Shown piece by piece: positions 1 to 10,894 of a DNA stretch of 64,000 nt. The position numbers and the translations under genes are program-made. The notes beneath the pieces were generated by a model that saw nothing but the letters and a program-made list of their open reading frames with translations, was not told the DNA's origin and searched no databases. Position 1 is the stretch's first letter. Each line of letters begins with the position of its first letter. The stretch comes from an uncultured Nitrospiraceae bacterium (lineage in GTDB: Bacteria; Nitrospirota; Nitrospiria; Nitrospirales; Nitrospiraceae), in the NCBI GenBank assembly GCA_963846575.1, contig CAWJWJ010000001.1, positions 384,001 through 448,000 on the forward strand. The letters run 5' to 3'.

Positions 1-76
1 CTTGAACCTTAAGGGACTAAAGGCGAGAATCACGGCTCACGCAACCCCCAAACAATGAGCCCATGATGGAGATACA

Positions 77-412
77 ATGCTGACGCAATTCTTCTGGGAA
101 GCCCGAGAGATTGAGAACGCTACATTCCGCGAGCGCCTCTCGCAATTGAAGGCAGCTATCCCCGGCGCAGCGACCGAGGCGCAACCGTTACTCAGGCGCA
201 TTCACAAGGCCGTATGTCGGCTCCACGATCAACTTCAGCTCATTGATCCCACACCACCGTTGCCACGCACGCTGGTCAGTCAGATCCGTTGTTTTGATTG
301 CGGAACTTCCAACATGGAATCATTCCACAGCTCAACCCAGGGCGGGTACCATCTTTGCCCGACGTGCTTTCAGCATCGCCTCCATACGGGCCGGGCAAAG
401 ACTGCTCACTGA
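77..412 (+). CDS. Hypothetical protein with C-terminal CxxC...CxxC zinc-finger-like motif
   Basis: 111-aa ORF with GGAG RBS upstream; CFDC and CPTC motifs near the C-terminus. Confidence 0.6.
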   Translation: MLTQFFWEAREIENATFRERLSQLKAAIPGAATEAQPLLRRIHKAVCRLHDQLQLIDPTPPLPRTLVSQIRCFDCGTSNMESFHSSTQGGYHLCPTCFQHRLHTGRAKTAH

Positions 413-559
413 ATATTGCATCCCGTATTGGTCGTAAAGACTCTTCCGCATATAGTACCCTGTGCCCTACGGCTCGCAGTCCACCATAGACCCTAGCCCC
501 AGGAACCCCCCACACCGTATACTGCAATCTTTCCTTTTCGACCGTGAGGTATCCAGGTT

Positions 560-2398
560 ATGGCCCCGAACATTCTGTTAAGTTGCGAATCGATCAGCAA
601 GAGCTATGGGGTCAGGGCTTTATTTAGCGATCTATCCTTTGCGCTCTTCGACGGCGATCATGTGGGATTGATCGGACCGAACGGATCGGGCAAATCGACG
701 CTGCTCAAGATTCTCATCGGACTGGAATCTCCCGATGAAGGCACGCGCACCTTGCGTCGTCATACCCGTGTCGGTTATGTCCCCCAGGAACCCAGCTTTC
801 CGTCCCACCACAGTATCGAGCAAGTACTGCATGACACGCTGACCCAAGACGGGCTCGATCCTCATGAACAGGGTGGACGGATCGCCAGAGCCCTCAGCAT
901 TGGAACCTTTCCTGATGCCGAACAAGCGGTCTCCACGCTTTCTGGAGGCTGGCGCAAACGTCTTGCCGTCACTCAGGCATTGCTCCTTGAACCGGATGTG
1001 CTCCTTATGGACGAGCCGACCAACCATTTGGATCTGGAAGGCATTCTTTGGCTGGAGCAGCTCCTGCAAAACCGGGCCAAAGCCTTTCTTGTGATCAGCC
1101 ATGATCGCCGCTTTCTGGAATCCGTCACGTCGCGCATGGTGGAGCTCAATCGTTGTTACCCCGGGGGTAGCTTTGAAGCCCGAGGCCGCTACAGCGATTT
1201 TCTCGAACAGCGTGATGCCACTCTCCAGGCGCAGGCTGACTACCAGGCTTCGTTGGCCAATCGCGTCCGACGTGAGGTGGAGTGGTTGCGCCGGGGGCCA
1301 AAGGCCCGCACGACCAAAGCCAAGGGACGCATTCAGTCAGCAGGAAAGCTCATCGACGAATTAAGCCAAGCTGAAGCCCGTTCGACGCAGGCCACGATCG
1401 GCATAGACTTCTCCGCCTCCGGCCGGAAGTCCAAGCAACTTCTGGTGACGAAACAGGTTTCCAAGAGCTTCAACCAGACGCCGGTGGTAACCAACCTCGA
1501 CATGATCCTCGGGCCAGGACAGAAATTGGGTCTTCTGGGTCCCAACGGAAGTGGTAAGACGACGCTACTACGACTACTGGCCGGTACATTGGACCCGGAT
1601 TCAGGAACGATTACACGGGCCGAGGGGCTGCGCATCGTGTCGTTCGAGCAACATCGCGAATCGCTGGATCAAGCCACCAGTCTGCGACGCGCGCTGGCTC
1701 CGGCTGGCGATGCAGTCGTCTATCAGGATCGTTCGATCCATCTGGTCTCATGGGCGAAGCGGTTTCTCTTCCGGCCCGAGCAGCTCGATCTTCCTGTGGC
1801 ACGGCTGTCCGGCGGCGAACAAGCTCGCCTACTGATTGCCCGGCTCATGCTACAGCCCGCGGATCTTCTCATCCTCGACGAACCGACCAATGACCTGGAT
1901 ATCCCAACCCTTGAAGTGCTGGAGGACAGTTTATTGGAATTTCCAGGCGCTCTGGTCCTCGTGACCCATGACCGCTGGCTCCTGGATCGCGTCTCCACCC
2001 TCCTCCTCGCGCTGGACGGTACCGGTCGCGTTGACTGGTTTGCCGATTATGCACAGTGGGAGAACGCGCAAGAGCGGGCCAACGAATCCGCTAGGGAATC
2101 AGCCAATAGTGGGCTGACTGCCGACCATCAGTCAGAAAAAATTCCAGGTGATTCCTCGCGCAAGGCCAGAAAGCTTAGCTATCGCGAGCAAAAAGAATGG
2201 GGCACGATCGAGGAGAATATTGTAAAGGCCGAAGAAAAGATTTCAGCATGCCAGGCGGCGATGCACGATCCGTGTATCATGTCAGACGCTGCAGAACTGC
2301 AGTCACGAAGCCAGGCCCTTACTGCCGCGCAGATCGAAGTGGAGCGGCTCTACGCACGCTGGGCCGAACTGGAGGAGAAACGTGCACAGACCGTGTGA
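560..2398 (+). CDS. ABC-F family ATP-binding protein (Uup-like)
   Basis: Two ABC domains (GPNGSGKS/GPNGSGKT, LSGG, DEPTN), no transmembrane segments, C-terminal coiled coil ending LYARWAELE. Confidence 0.92.
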   Translation: MAPNILLSCESISKSYGVRALFSDLSFALFDGDHVGLIGPNGSGKSTLLKILIGLESPDEGTRTLRRHTRVGYVPQEPSFPSHHSIEQVLHDTLTQDGLDPHEQGGRIARALSIGTFPDAEQAVSTLSGGWRKRLAVTQALLLEPDVLLMDEPTNHLDLEGILWLEQLLQNRAKAFLVISHDRRFLESVTSRMVELNRCYPGGSFEARGRYSDFLEQRDATLQAQADYQASLANRVRREVEWLRRGPKARTTKAKGRIQSAGKLIDELSQAEARSTQATIGIDFSASGRKSKQLLVTKQVSKSFNQTPVVTNLDMILGPGQKLGLLGPNGSGKTTLLRLLAGTLDPDSGTITRAEGLRIVSFEQHRESLDQATSLRRALAPAGDAVVYQDRSIHLVSWAKRFLFRPEQLDLPVARLSGGEQARLLIARLMLQPADLLILDEPTNDLDIPTLEVLEDSLLEFPGALVLVTHDRWLLDRVSTLLLALDGTGRVDWFADYAQWENAQERANESARESANSGLTADHQSEKIPGDSSRKARKLSYREQKEWGTIEENIVKAEEKISACQAAMHDPCIMSDAAELQSRSQALTAAQIEVERLYARWAELEEKRAQTV

Positions 2399-2483
2399 GG
2401 TGACCTGGCAGCTGCAGAAGGCATGCGGTCCCAAGCCTGTGGACCTGAAACGATAGCCGAGAAAAAATCTAAGGCAGAATAAT

Positions 2484-2557
2484 TGGCTGGGGGACTAGGA
2501 ATCGAACCTAGGTAGCCAGCTCCAAAGGCTGGCGTCCTACCGCTAGACGATCCCCCA
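2484..2557 (-). tRNA. tRNA-Gln (anticodon TTG)
   Basis: Reverse complement gives TGGGGGA acceptor stem, CCAGC-CTTTGGA-GCTGG anticodon arm, GGTTCGATTCC T-arm and encoded CCA. Confidence 0.96.
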
Positions 2558-2609
2558 GCGCGGTACGGAACCAAGACATCGAGCTGAGTGGCAACGTGTA
2601 GAAAAATTT

Positions 2610-2683
2610 TGGCTGGGGGACTAGGAATCGAACCTAGGTAGTCAGATCCAGAGACTGACGTCCTACCGCTAGACGATCCCCCA
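2610..2683 (-). tRNA. tRNA-Gln (anticodon CTG)
   Basis: Near-identical body to the neighbouring tRNA; anticodon loop CTCTGGA; encoded CCA. Confidence 0.95.
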
Positions 2684-2747
2684 ACCGGTCCACACAGTAA
2701 TATAAGCTTCTCTATTCCGTCAAGGTTGCGGCCGATTCAGCAGCAGC

Positions 2748-4163
2748 TCAAGGTCGCGAAGCCTGTTCGATCCCCCGCCGAAGTCTGAGCAATGTACGGT
2801 CTCGGCCCAGCACCTCCATCACTTCAAATAGTCCAGGACTCGCCGTTCGACCTGTCAAAGCCACACGCACGGGCTGGGCGAGTTGGCCCATTTTGATGCC
2901 TTCTTCCTCGACCAGCTTTTTAAAGGCCTCTTCCCACTCCTGTTTTGAAAACGTGGGAAAGACCTGGAGTCGATCCACCAACTTGCTCAACAGGGGCACC
3001 TGGGCTGAGGTTAAAAACTTCTTCGCCGCTTCTTCCTCGTAGACGACGGCCTCGCCAAAATACGGCCTGACCCAGTGAACGACCTCGACCAGAGTTTTTG
3101 CTCGCTCCTTCACCATGACCACCAACTGCGCAAGCCATGCGGGCGAGACCGCGCGGAGTTCATCCGTGAGCCCGGCCTGTTCGAGCAAAGGCACAAGGGT
3201 CCGGGCGATCCGATCTGGCGGAGTGGTTTTCACGTATTCGCCATTGAGCCATAACAATTTATCGGGATTAAACACGGCCGCAGACGTCTGGACATTCTTC
3301 CAGGAAAACCTTTCGACGAGTTCTTCCCTTGTGAATAACTCCTGATCTCCGTGCGACCAGCCCAACCGGACTAAATAATTCACCATCGCCTCAGGCAAAT
3401 ACCCCATGTCCTGATAGGCCATAACAGAGGTCGCGCCATGACGTTTCGACAATCGCGCCTTGTCCGGACCCAGAATCATCGGCAAGTGCCCAAACTGTGG
3501 GAGCGGAAACCCGAGGGCCTGAAAAATCGGAATTTGGCGCGGCGTGTTCGTCAAATGATCGTCGCCCCGCACGACATGCGTGATACCCATCAACGCGTCA
3601 TCCACCACCACGGAGAAATTGTAGGTCGGATAACCATTGGAGCGGAGAATAATCAGATCGTCCAGAATCTGGTTATCGAAGACCACGCGACCTTTAATCA
3701 AATCATCAACGACCGTCTGTCCGTCCTGCGGAGCCCTGAAACGGAGCGCCGCATCGCCACTGGGTTTATTCAGACCCAGATTTCGACATCGGCCATCGTA
3801 CTTGGGGGACTTCCCTTTCGCCTCTGCTTCCTTCCGTCTGGTGTCAAGGTCATCCGCTGTGCAAACGCACCAGTACGCCTGGCCCCGCTCAAAAAGCTGC
3901 AGTGCGTGAGTGCGATAGAGGTCCATCCGCTCGGTCTGTCGGAACGGGCCTTCGTCCCAATCGAGATGGACCCACCGCATGCCGTCGAGAATGGCCTGAA
4001 TGGAATCATCGGTGGAGCGGCTTCGATCCGTATCTTCGATGCGGAGGATGAAGACCCCGTTCTGCTGCCGCGCAAACAGCCAGTTGAACAAGGCCGTGCG
4101 AACCCCGCCGATATGGAGGTAGCCGGTCGGACTGGGTGCAAATCGAACCCTGACCTGACTCAT
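2748..4163 (-). CDS. gltX: Glutamate--tRNA ligase
   Basis: VRVRFAPSPTGYLHIGG, RIEDTD, RGDDH, LSKR motifs. Confidence 0.97.
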   Translation of the reverse strand: MSQVRVRFAPSPTGYLHIGGVRTALFNWLFARQQNGVFILRIEDTDRSRSTDDSIQAILDGMRWVHLDWDEGPFRQTERMDLYRTHALQLFERGQAYWCVCTADDLDTRRKEAEAKGKSPKYDGRCRNLGLNKPSGDAALRFRAPQDGQTVVDDLIKGRVVFDNQILDDLIILRSNGYPTYNFSVVVDDALMGITHVVRGDDHLTNTPRQIPIFQALGFPLPQFGHLPMILGPDKARLSKRHGATSVMAYQDMGYLPEAMVNYLVRLGWSHGDQELFTREELVERFSWKNVQTSAAVFNPDKLLWLNGEYVKTTPPDRIARTLVPLLEQAGLTDELRAVSPAWLAQLVVMVKERAKTLVEVVHWVRPYFGEAVVYEEEAAKKFLTSAQVPLLSKLVDRLQVFPTFSKQEWEEAFKKLVEEEGIKMGQLAQPVRVALTGRTASPGLFEVMEVLGRDRTLLRLRRGIEQASRP

Positions 4164-4280
4164 CGCGTCACGTAGCTCTGGTGGAGTATTGCGAATGGGG
4201 CGCTATCTATAACATGGCATTGGCGCGATGTACAGAACATGACTGTTCCATTCTGAATCCGTTTTTGTTATGAAAAGACA

Positions 4281-4979
4281 ATGGCTGAACCAACCCAAAT
4301 CGCTGAAATCGTCTCACTCGCTGCGCTGACTCTGCACACGACGGAACTCGTGCTTCGCCCGATCGAGCATCGGCTATCCTTCAGACCCGGACAGTGGATC
4401 TCCCTTCAACTGCCGGTAGGAGATCATCCGCCCCTTAACCGTGCGTACTCCCTGGCTGAGCCAGTCTCCCCTACAGGTCAACTCACTCTGGTTTTTGACC
4501 ATGTTCCAGGAGGTAAAGGATCCAGTTACCTGTCCTCCCTGAAACCAGGAGATCGCATCCCGCTGTCGGGCCCTTATGGGCACTTTGTACTTCCCACTCC
4601 AGATTCAAAAAATTTGCTCTTGATCGGGCGCTATTCGGGACTCGTCCCGTTACGCTGCATGATTCGTTCACTCGCACGAGAGGGCCCCCTGCCCGCTACA
4701 ACCCTCATTGCCCAGGCGCCCAACCCCGCTGAACAGCTATACCACGAAGAGTTTCTCATGCTTGCCAAGAGCCAGCCGAGCTTTCGTTATCTGCCGCTGG
4801 TGAACGAAGATCCCACGAACCAGGCCAGCACCGTCGAGGCGATCAAGCAAGTGGCGATGAATGGGCGGAATGTCACCCCCATGATTGCCGGGATTAAAGC
4901 GTTTGCACGACCACTGAGGTCGTTTTTTATGGAACTGGGATTTGATCGACGAGAAGTTAAGCTCGAAACGTATGACTGA
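4281..4979 (+). CDS. FAD-binding ferredoxin-NAD(P) reductase-like oxidoreductase
   Basis: FRPGQW, RAYSL, GGKGS, GPYGHF FAD-domain motifs; NAD-binding motifs degenerate. Confidence 0.8.
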   Translation: MAEPTQIAEIVSLAALTLHTTELVLRPIEHRLSFRPGQWISLQLPVGDHPPLNRAYSLAEPVSPTGQLTLVFDHVPGGKGSSYLSSLKPGDRIPLSGPYGHFVLPTPDSKNLLLIGRYSGLVPLRCMIRSLAREGPLPATTLIAQAPNPAEQLYHEEFLMLAKSQPSFRYLPLVNEDPTNQASTVEAIKQVAMNGRNVTPMIAGIKAFARPLRSFFMELGFDRREVKLETYD

Positions 4980-5083
4980 TGCCAAAACTCCAGATAACAG
5001 GGTGATTTTCGGGTGAAAAGGTGACCATCAAATGTTCCGTAGTGACTCGGTTGGCTTCACCTGATCCTGATCTGAAACCGATT

Positions 5084-5500
5084 CTAGTGCCCTTCCTTCG
5101 CTAGGTTTTTATTGACGGCCGGAATCTCAACCACCACTTCCACCGTCCCATTGGGCACACATTGGCATCCGAGCCTAGACTGCAAGGTCGTAACAGGGGC
5201 CTCATCAAGCTGGTCAAACTCATCATCCGTGCCCTCATTGCACGTTTCTAAACCCTTTTTGACCATGACATGGCAGGTCGAGCAAGCACACACGCCCCCG
5301 CACACATGTTCCAGTTCAATGCCATTGCCCATGGCAATGTCGAGAATGCTACCCGGAAGTCCAGTTGGCCCGTAAGGAATCTTCGCCGGCTGTACTTCGA
5401 CCTTTTTCTCGGTTTTATCGGGGAAAATGAAGGTCACTGAATAGGACTGCGTCGGTAACTCAACCTCGGATTTCTCAATGTAAGGATTTGTCCCGCCCAT
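5084..5500 (-). CDS. fdx: ISC-type [2Fe-2S] ferredoxin
   Basis: EHVCGGVCACSTCHV and SRLGCQ motifs; adjacent to the isc operon. Confidence 0.92.
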   Translation of the reverse strand: MGGTNPYIEKSEVELPTQSYSVTFIFPDKTEKKVEVQPAKIPYGPTGLPGSILDIAMGNGIELEHVCGGVCACSTCHVMVKKGLETCNEGTDDEFDQLDEAPVTTLQSRLGCQCVPNGTVEVVVEIPAVNKNLAKEGH

Positions 5501-5616
5501 TTGTTTAACCTCTTTTCTTTACGTTCCCAAACATATACCGGCTACCCAGGAAATCCCCGCCGACTAGAATTACAGACCGTTGTACGCGCATCTGCCGTTT
5601 CCCAACTTCAACTCGC

Positions 5617-5671
5617 TTGACAGTGCAAAAGATCGCGTGATAACTTTAGTACGACTAAATTGATCGGAGAT
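5617..5671 (+). promoter_or_regulatory. sigma70-type promoter of the isc operon with an adjacent IscR-like operator
   Basis: TTGACA (5617-5622), TGnTAACTT extended -10 (5638-5646), then GACT-AAATT-GATC resembling the type 1 IscR motif (GACT-RWWWY-AGTC). Confidence 0.55.
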
Positions 5672-5708
5672 CATTATAGTCTCCGACTCGAAGGATCGGC
5701 AATAGGCC

Positions 5709-6188
5709 ATGCTCAAACTATCGAAAAAAGCAGATTATGGGTTGATGGCGCTCCAACATATTGCGGCCAATCAATACGGCGATGTGGCGAGGGCCCGCGT
5801 AGTGAATACTAAGGAGATCGCGGAAGAATATCACATCCCGGTTGAATTGCTTGCTAAGGTCTTACAAACTCTCGCTAAGAGTGGCCTGATCGATAGTCAC
5901 AACGGCCCGAAAGGCGGTTATCTGCTCGGCAAGAATCCCCGCGAGATCACCATTGCCCAGGTATTGGAAAGTCTGGAAGGTCCGCTGGGTATCATGGATT
6001 GCTCACATGAGAAAGAAGGCGATTTCTGTATGCAGCGAGAACATTGTAACATCCGAACGCCGCTGTTGAAAATCCAGAGCAGCATCTATCAGCTTCTCAA
6101 CAACATGACCTTGCAAGATATGATGGGGGGGACCCCACTCATCACTATTCAATCCGTGGCCACGGAACAACAAGGAGTCGAGCGATGA
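5709..6188 (+). CDS. iscR: Rrf2 family Fe-S cluster assembly regulator
   Basis: Rrf2 winged helix (GPKGGY), three Cys (DC..FC..HC), first gene of the isc operon. Confidence 0.88.
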   Translation: MLKLSKKADYGLMALQHIAANQYGDVARARVVNTKEIAEEYHIPVELLAKVLQTLAKSGLIDSHNGPKGGYLLGKNPREITIAQVLESLEGPLGIMDCSHEKEGDFCMQREHCNIRTPLLKIQSSIYQLLNNMTLQDMMGGTPLITIQSVATEQQGVER

Positions 6189-7402
6189 AGTTCCCGATTT
6201 ACCTGGATAACCATTCGACCACCCCGATGGATCCTCGGGTATTGGAAGCAATGTTGCCCTATTTCACGGAAAAATTCGGAAACTCTGCCAGCCGAAACCA
6301 CGCATTCGGATGGGAGGCCGAAGAAGGCATCGAAAATGCGCGAAAGCAGATTGCGAAACTGATTCACGCGGATGCAAAAGAAATTGTCTTCACGAGCGGG
6401 GCGACGGAATCGGACAATCTAGCCCTGAAGGGTGTTGCCGAGATGTACCATGAGAAGGGTGACCACATTATCACCTCCTCTACGGAACATCGTGCAGTGT
6501 TGGACACGGCGAAAGCCTTGGAAGCCAAACGCGGCGTCAAGGTCACCTACCTTCCGGTCGATAAATTCGGGATGGTCAGTCCCGAGGATGTCCGGAAGGC
6601 AATTACCGATAAAACGATTCTGATTTCCGTCATGTTCGCGAACAACGAAATCGGTACGATCAATCCTGTGAAGGAGATTGGGAAAATTGCCAAAGAGAAG
6701 GGCATTCTCTTTCATTGCGATGCGACCCAGGGCGTAGGGAAAGTGCCAGTTGCTGTCCAGGATATGGGCATCGATTTGATGTCATTTACCGCCCACAAAA
6801 TTTATGGTCCCAAGGGAGTCGGTGCCCTGTACGTCAGGAAAAAGAACCCTCGGGTCCGCATTGCGGCCCAGATGGACGGCGGTGGTCATGAGCGCGGCAT
6901 GCGCTCCGGCACCCTCCCGGTCCCGTTGATTGTGGGATTTGGCAAGGCCTGTGAACTCTGCGAATTAGAAATGGACGCCGATGCAGCGCGGCTGTCGGTC
7001 ATGCGCGACCGTCTGCATGTCAATATCACCAACGCGCTTGAAGAAGTATATTTAAACGGCCATCCGACGCAACGTCTTCCGCACAACCTGAACATCTCGT
7101 TTGCGTATGTCGAGGGCGAATCACTGTTGATGGGGTGTAAAGAAATCGCGCTGTCCTCGGGATCAGCCTGCACCTCCGCAACTCTTGAGCCGTCATATGT
7201 CCTGCGCGCGTTAGGCGTAGGGGCGGAACTTGCCCATTCTTCCATTCGATTCGGCCTGGGCCGCTTCACTCTCGACGAAGAGGTTGACTATGCTGGAAAG
7301 AGAATTATCGAAGTGGTGACGAAGCTCCGGGAAATGTCCCCACTGTATGAAATGGCAAAAGAAGGCATCGACTTAAAATCTGTGCAATGGGCGGCCCATT
7401 AA
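6185..7402 (+). CDS. iscS: Cysteine desulfurase
   Basis: [19 protein letters not shown] (PLP lysine), SSGSACTS. Confidence 0.97.
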   Translation: MKFPIYLDNHSTTPMDPRVLEAMLPYFTEKFGNSASRNHAFGWEAEEGIENARKQIAKLIHADAKEIVFTSGATESDNLALKGVAEMYHEKGDHIITSSTEHRAVLDTAKALEAKRGVKVTYLPVDKFGMVSPEDVRKAITDKTILISVMFANNEIGTINPVKEIGKIAKEKGILFHCDATQGVGKVPVAVQDMGIDLMSFTAHKIYGPKGVGALYVRKKNPRVRIAAQMDGGGHERGMRSGTLPVPLIVGFGKACELCELEMDADAARLSVMRDRLHVNITNALEEVYLNGHPTQRLPHNLNISFAYVEGESLLMGCKEIALSSGSACTSATLEPSYVLRALGVGAELAHSSIRFGLGRFTLDEEVDYAGKRIIEVVTKLREMSPLYEMAKEGIDLKSVQWAAH

Positions 7403-7444
7403 CCTGAAACATCACTTCTGTGAGCGATACATTCGGAGGACACC

Positions 7445-7840
7445 ATGGCCTATAGCGAAAAAGTCGTCGACCACTTCAATAATCCCCGCAACATGGGGAG
7501 CTTCAAGAAGGAAGAGGACGGAGTCGGCACCGGCATCGTCGGAGCGCCGGAGTGCGGCGATGTCATGAAATTGCAGATCAAGGTTCAGAACGACACGATC
7601 GTGGATGCCAAGTTCAAGACCTTCGGGTGCGGGTCCGCCATTGCGAGTTCCAGCCTTGCTACCGAATGGCTCAAGGGCAAAACGGTGCAAGAAGCCGGCA
7701 TGATCAAAAATACCGACATCGTGCAAGAACTGAATCTACCGCCGGTCAAGATTCACTGTTCGGTTCTGGCCGAAGATGCAATTAAGGCCGCCCTTGCCGA
7801 CTATAGGAAGAAGGAAGACGGCAAAGAAACGATTAAGTAA
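7445..7840 (+). CDS. iscU: Fe-S cluster scaffold
   Basis: GAPECGD, FGCGSAIASSS, LPPVKIHCS. Confidence 0.97.
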   Translation: MAYSEKVVDHFNNPRNMGSFKKEEDGVGTGIVGAPECGDVMKLQIKVQNDTIVDAKFKTFGCGSAIASSSLATEWLKGKTVQEAGMIKNTDIVQELNLPPVKIHCSVLAEDAIKAALADYRKKEDGKETIK

Positions 7841-7875
7841 ATCGGCACCAGCCTTGTGAAGCGAAGGAGATCGAT

Positions 7876-8232
7876 ATGGATACACCGGATACTGCTGCAA
7901 TTCCCACCGTTGTCACGCTCAGCGAGTCTGCCGTCAAGGAGGTCAAGCGCCTGATCAATGTGCAGGGTCTGACGGAAGGCGGGCTCCGGCTTGGGGTGAA
8001 GGGCGGCGGATGCTCAGGACTCAGCTATACGATCAACTTCGACGAAAAAATCGGCCAATACGATTCCGTATATGACATTGAAGGTGTGAAAGTGATTGTT
8101 GACGCCAAGAGCGCCATTTACCTGCAGGGGACGCAGTTGGATTTTCAGAAAGACTTGATGGGCGGCCAATTCAAGTTTGTGAATCCCAATGCCAACAAAA
8201 CCTGTGGTTGCGGGGAATCTTTCTCCGCATAA
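7876..8232 (+). CDS. iscA: A-type Fe-S carrier
   Basis: GGGCSG and CGCGESF motifs. Confidence 0.95.
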   Translation: MDTPDTAAIPTVVTLSESAVKEVKRLINVQGLTEGGLRLGVKGGGCSGLSYTINFDEKIGQYDSVYDIEGVKVIVDAKSAIYLQGTQLDFQKDLMGGQFKFVNPNANKTCGCGESFSA

Positions 8233-8307
8233 ATTGTCGCCAGGCCGGTATGTGTGCACCGTGAGCGTGGTGGTGCCCCCCATGCCGCATCGCATCGAGG
8301 ATTTCTT

Positions 8308-9027
8308 ATGGACCATGCTCCCAAATCCGCCAGATCCCGCACAGAGCTCCCAATGGCGCGGAGCATGTGTTGGCACTGTCAATCGGAAGTGGCGGGAGAG
8401 TACTTTTGCGAACGATGCGTGAAGGTCCAGCCGCTATCCAAAGAACAGGACTACTTCACATGTTTAGGGCTCCCACGGCTCCTCACCATTGATACAGAAG
8501 CTCTCGAGAACAAATTCTATGAAATGAGCCGCTCGTTCCATCCGGATTTTTTTCAAACCAAGACCGACACGGAGCGTACTATCAGCTTAGGGAACTCTGC
8601 GCTCCTTAATGCGGCGTACCGCACCCTCAAAGATCCAATTCAACGGGCGGAATACCTGGTGCGGTTGGAAGCCGGCTCGGTGAAGGAAATTCGGAATCAA
8701 CCGCCAGCAGACCTATTCGAAGAAATTCTCGCTTTGCAGGAGGATCTCGAAGAATACCGAGCTGTATCCGCTCACACCTCGACAGATCTCACAGCATTAC
8801 AGGCCAAACTCCAAACGGATCGTGAGACTCTTGAGCGACGTCAGCAGGATATGGAGTCTCGGCTCTTTGACCTCTTTGAAACCTGGGACCGGTTACAGCG
8901 TCAAGGAGAATCCACGGAGCCGATTCGGGCAAAAAAGGAGTCCGTCTTAAAAGAGGTGCGCGAATTGCTCTCCAACCGCACCTATGTCCGCAACATCGTC
9001 AACGACCTCGTCGCAACCGTGGGATAA
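8308..9027 (+). CDS. hscB: Fe-S assembly co-chaperone HscB with N-terminal tetracysteine domain
   Basis: J-domain HPD, LNAAYRTLKDPIQRAEYL; N-terminal CWHC...CERC; start placed at the ATG after GAGG. Confidence 0.92.
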   Translation: MDHAPKSARSRTELPMARSMCWHCQSEVAGEYFCERCVKVQPLSKEQDYFTCLGLPRLLTIDTEALENKFYEMSRSFHPDFFQTKTDTERTISLGNSALLNAAYRTLKDPIQRAEYLVRLEAGSVKEIRNQPPADLFEEILALQEDLEEYRAVSAHTSTDLTALQAKLQTDRETLERRQQDMESRLFDLFETWDRLQRQGESTEPIRAKKESVLKEVRELLSNRTYVRNIVNDLVATVG

Positions 9028-9036
9028 CACTAACTC

Positions 9037-10875
9037 ATGAGTCGTATAGTCGGAATCGATCTCGGCACCACAAATTCCCTCATCGCCTATATGGACGGGA
9101 ACACGCCTTCCATCGTCCCCGGGGCAAATGGCCGCACCATGGTGCCGTCCGTCGTCGCAATGACCGATAACGGACTCATCGTGGGCGATGCAGCCAAAGA
9201 GCATCTAGTACGGAACCCGGAACGCACCATTTACTCCGTCAAACGATTCATGGGAAAAGGTCTGGCCGATGTCCAGGGCGAGATTCCTTATTTTCCCTAT
9301 ACCTTGCACGAACAGGGTGGAGTAATCCGCATTCGCATCGGTGAGAAAAGTTATTCTCCGCCCCAGATCTCCGCCATGATTCTGAAAGAACTGAAACAAC
9401 GAGCGGAAAGCCATCTTGGAGAAAGCATCACCAAGGCTGTTATCACGGTACCCGCCTACTTCAACGACAGCCAGCGCCAAGCAACGAAGGACGCCGGCAT
9501 GATTGCCGGGTTAGAGGTACTTCGAATCATCAACGAACCGACCGCCGCTTCCTTGGCCTATGGCCTTCAGGAACGAACCCAGGGCACAATTGCGGTGTAT
9601 GACCTGGGTGGTGGAACCTTTGATATTTCCATTTTAAAGCTCAAGAACGGCATTTTCGAAGTACTGGCCACGAATGGAGATACCCACTTAGGCGGCGATG
9701 ACTTGGACCGCGTGATTGGGGACATGTTTGCCGCGGAGATTCGTCAACAATACGGGATCGACATTAGCCTGCATGCGGATGACATGCAGAGCCTTCGACT
9801 GGAAGCCGAACGCGCCAAGATTCGTTTATCGGACGAGCTTACGACCGGCATTAATTTGTCCCTTCCGGACGGGAAGGGACCGTATCAGCGTGAGTTGACG
9901 CGCGATCAATTGGAAGAGCTGACACTTCCACTTATCGAGCGCTCCCTCGGACCATGCCGTCTCGCGCTCAGCGATGCGGGACTCACACCGGCGGACATTG
10001 ATGAAGTGGTCTTGGTGGGCGGCTCAACAAGAATGCCGTTGGTTCGCCAGAACGTGGAAACTCTTTTCGGAAAACCCCCGCACTGGAACTTGGATCCCGA
10101 TGAGGTTGTGGCGCTAGGCGCCGCTGTGCAGGCCGATATTCTCTCCGGCGGAACAACTGATATGTTACTGCTGGATGTCACGCCGCTCTCGCTCGGCATC
10201 GAGACTATGGGCGGAGTTGTGAGTTCATTGATTCGTCGCAACACCACCATTCCAACCAGCGCAAAAGAAATGTTTACGACTTATGTGGATGGGCAGACTT
10301 CGGTAGATATTCATATACTCCAGGGCGAGCGGGAACTGGCAAAGGACAATCGCAGCCTGGCGCGTTTTCAACTCAAGATGCCGCCACTGCCGGCCGGGGT
10401 CCCTCGAATCGAAATCACCTTCCTGATCGATGCCAACGGGATTCTAAATGTCTCTGCGAGAGACGTTCGAACCGATGCCACCCAGTCTGTGGCCGTGAAA
10501 CCTTCTTATGGGCTCTCGGACGATGAAGTGGAACGAATGATCGGTGAGTCGTTCAAATTTGCCGCGGAAGATCTTAAGGCTCGTCAGTTGATCGAAGCCC
10601 GAAACGAAGCCGACGCCATTCTCCAAGCCACGAATAAGGCGCTCGGCCAGGGAAAGCACTTGCTGACCGCGGACGATTTAGCCGCGATTCAGTCGTCACT
10701 GACTCTGCTGGAGGCTGCCAAACTAACCGAGGACCACAAAGCGGTGCGGGCCCGTATCCACGACGTAGAAAAAGTCACCCATCATTTTGCCGAACTGTTG
10801 ATGGATACCTCCCTGAAGGAAGCGCTTCAGAACAAGAGCCTTTCGGAAGTGGCGGAACAGAGCAAGAAGACCTGA
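9037..10875 (+). CDS. hscA: Hsp70-type Fe-S chaperone HscA
   Basis: [30 protein letters not shown]; located between hscB and iscX. Confidence 0.93.
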   Translation: MSRIVGIDLGTTNSLIAYMDGNTPSIVPGANGRTMVPSVVAMTDNGLIVGDAAKEHLVRNPERTIYSVKRFMGKGLADVQGEIPYFPYTLHEQGGVIRIRIGEKSYSPPQISAMILKELKQRAESHLGESITKAVITVPAYFNDSQRQATKDAGMIAGLEVLRIINEPTAASLAYGLQERTQGTIAVYDLGGGTFDISILKLKNGIFEVLATNGDTHLGGDDLDRVIGDMFAAEIRQQYGIDISLHADDMQSLRLEAERAKIRLSDELTTGINLSLPDGKGPYQRELTRDQLEELTLPLIERSLGPCRLALSDAGLTPADIDEVVLVGGSTRMPLVRQNVETLFGKPPHWNLDPDEVVALGAAVQADILSGGTTDMLLLDVTPLSLGIETMGGVVSSLIRRNTTIPTSAKEMFTTYVDGQTSVDIHILQGERELAKDNRSLARFQLKMPPLPAGVPRIEITFLIDANGILNVSARDVRTDATQSVAVKPSYGLSDDEVERMIGESFKFAAEDLKARQLIEARNEADAILQATNKALGQGKHLLTADDLAAIQSSLTLLEAAKLTEDHKAVRARIHDVEKVTHHFAELLMDTSLKEALQNKSLSEVAEQSKKT

Positions 10876-10894
10876 CTCATTAAGGAGTTGCTGG

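Noticed and set aside
2484..2683. Direct repeat of about 74 nt as a CRISPR or tandem repeat
   Set aside because: Explained by two tRNA-Gln paralogues; no CRISPR array or cas gene seen in the window.
3438..4175. Long antisense or alternative-frame ORFs (also 38798-39547, 49374-50072, 58531-59322, 60662-61606)
   Set aside because: Shadow ORFs opposite well-supported genes in GC-rich sequence, with no motifs.
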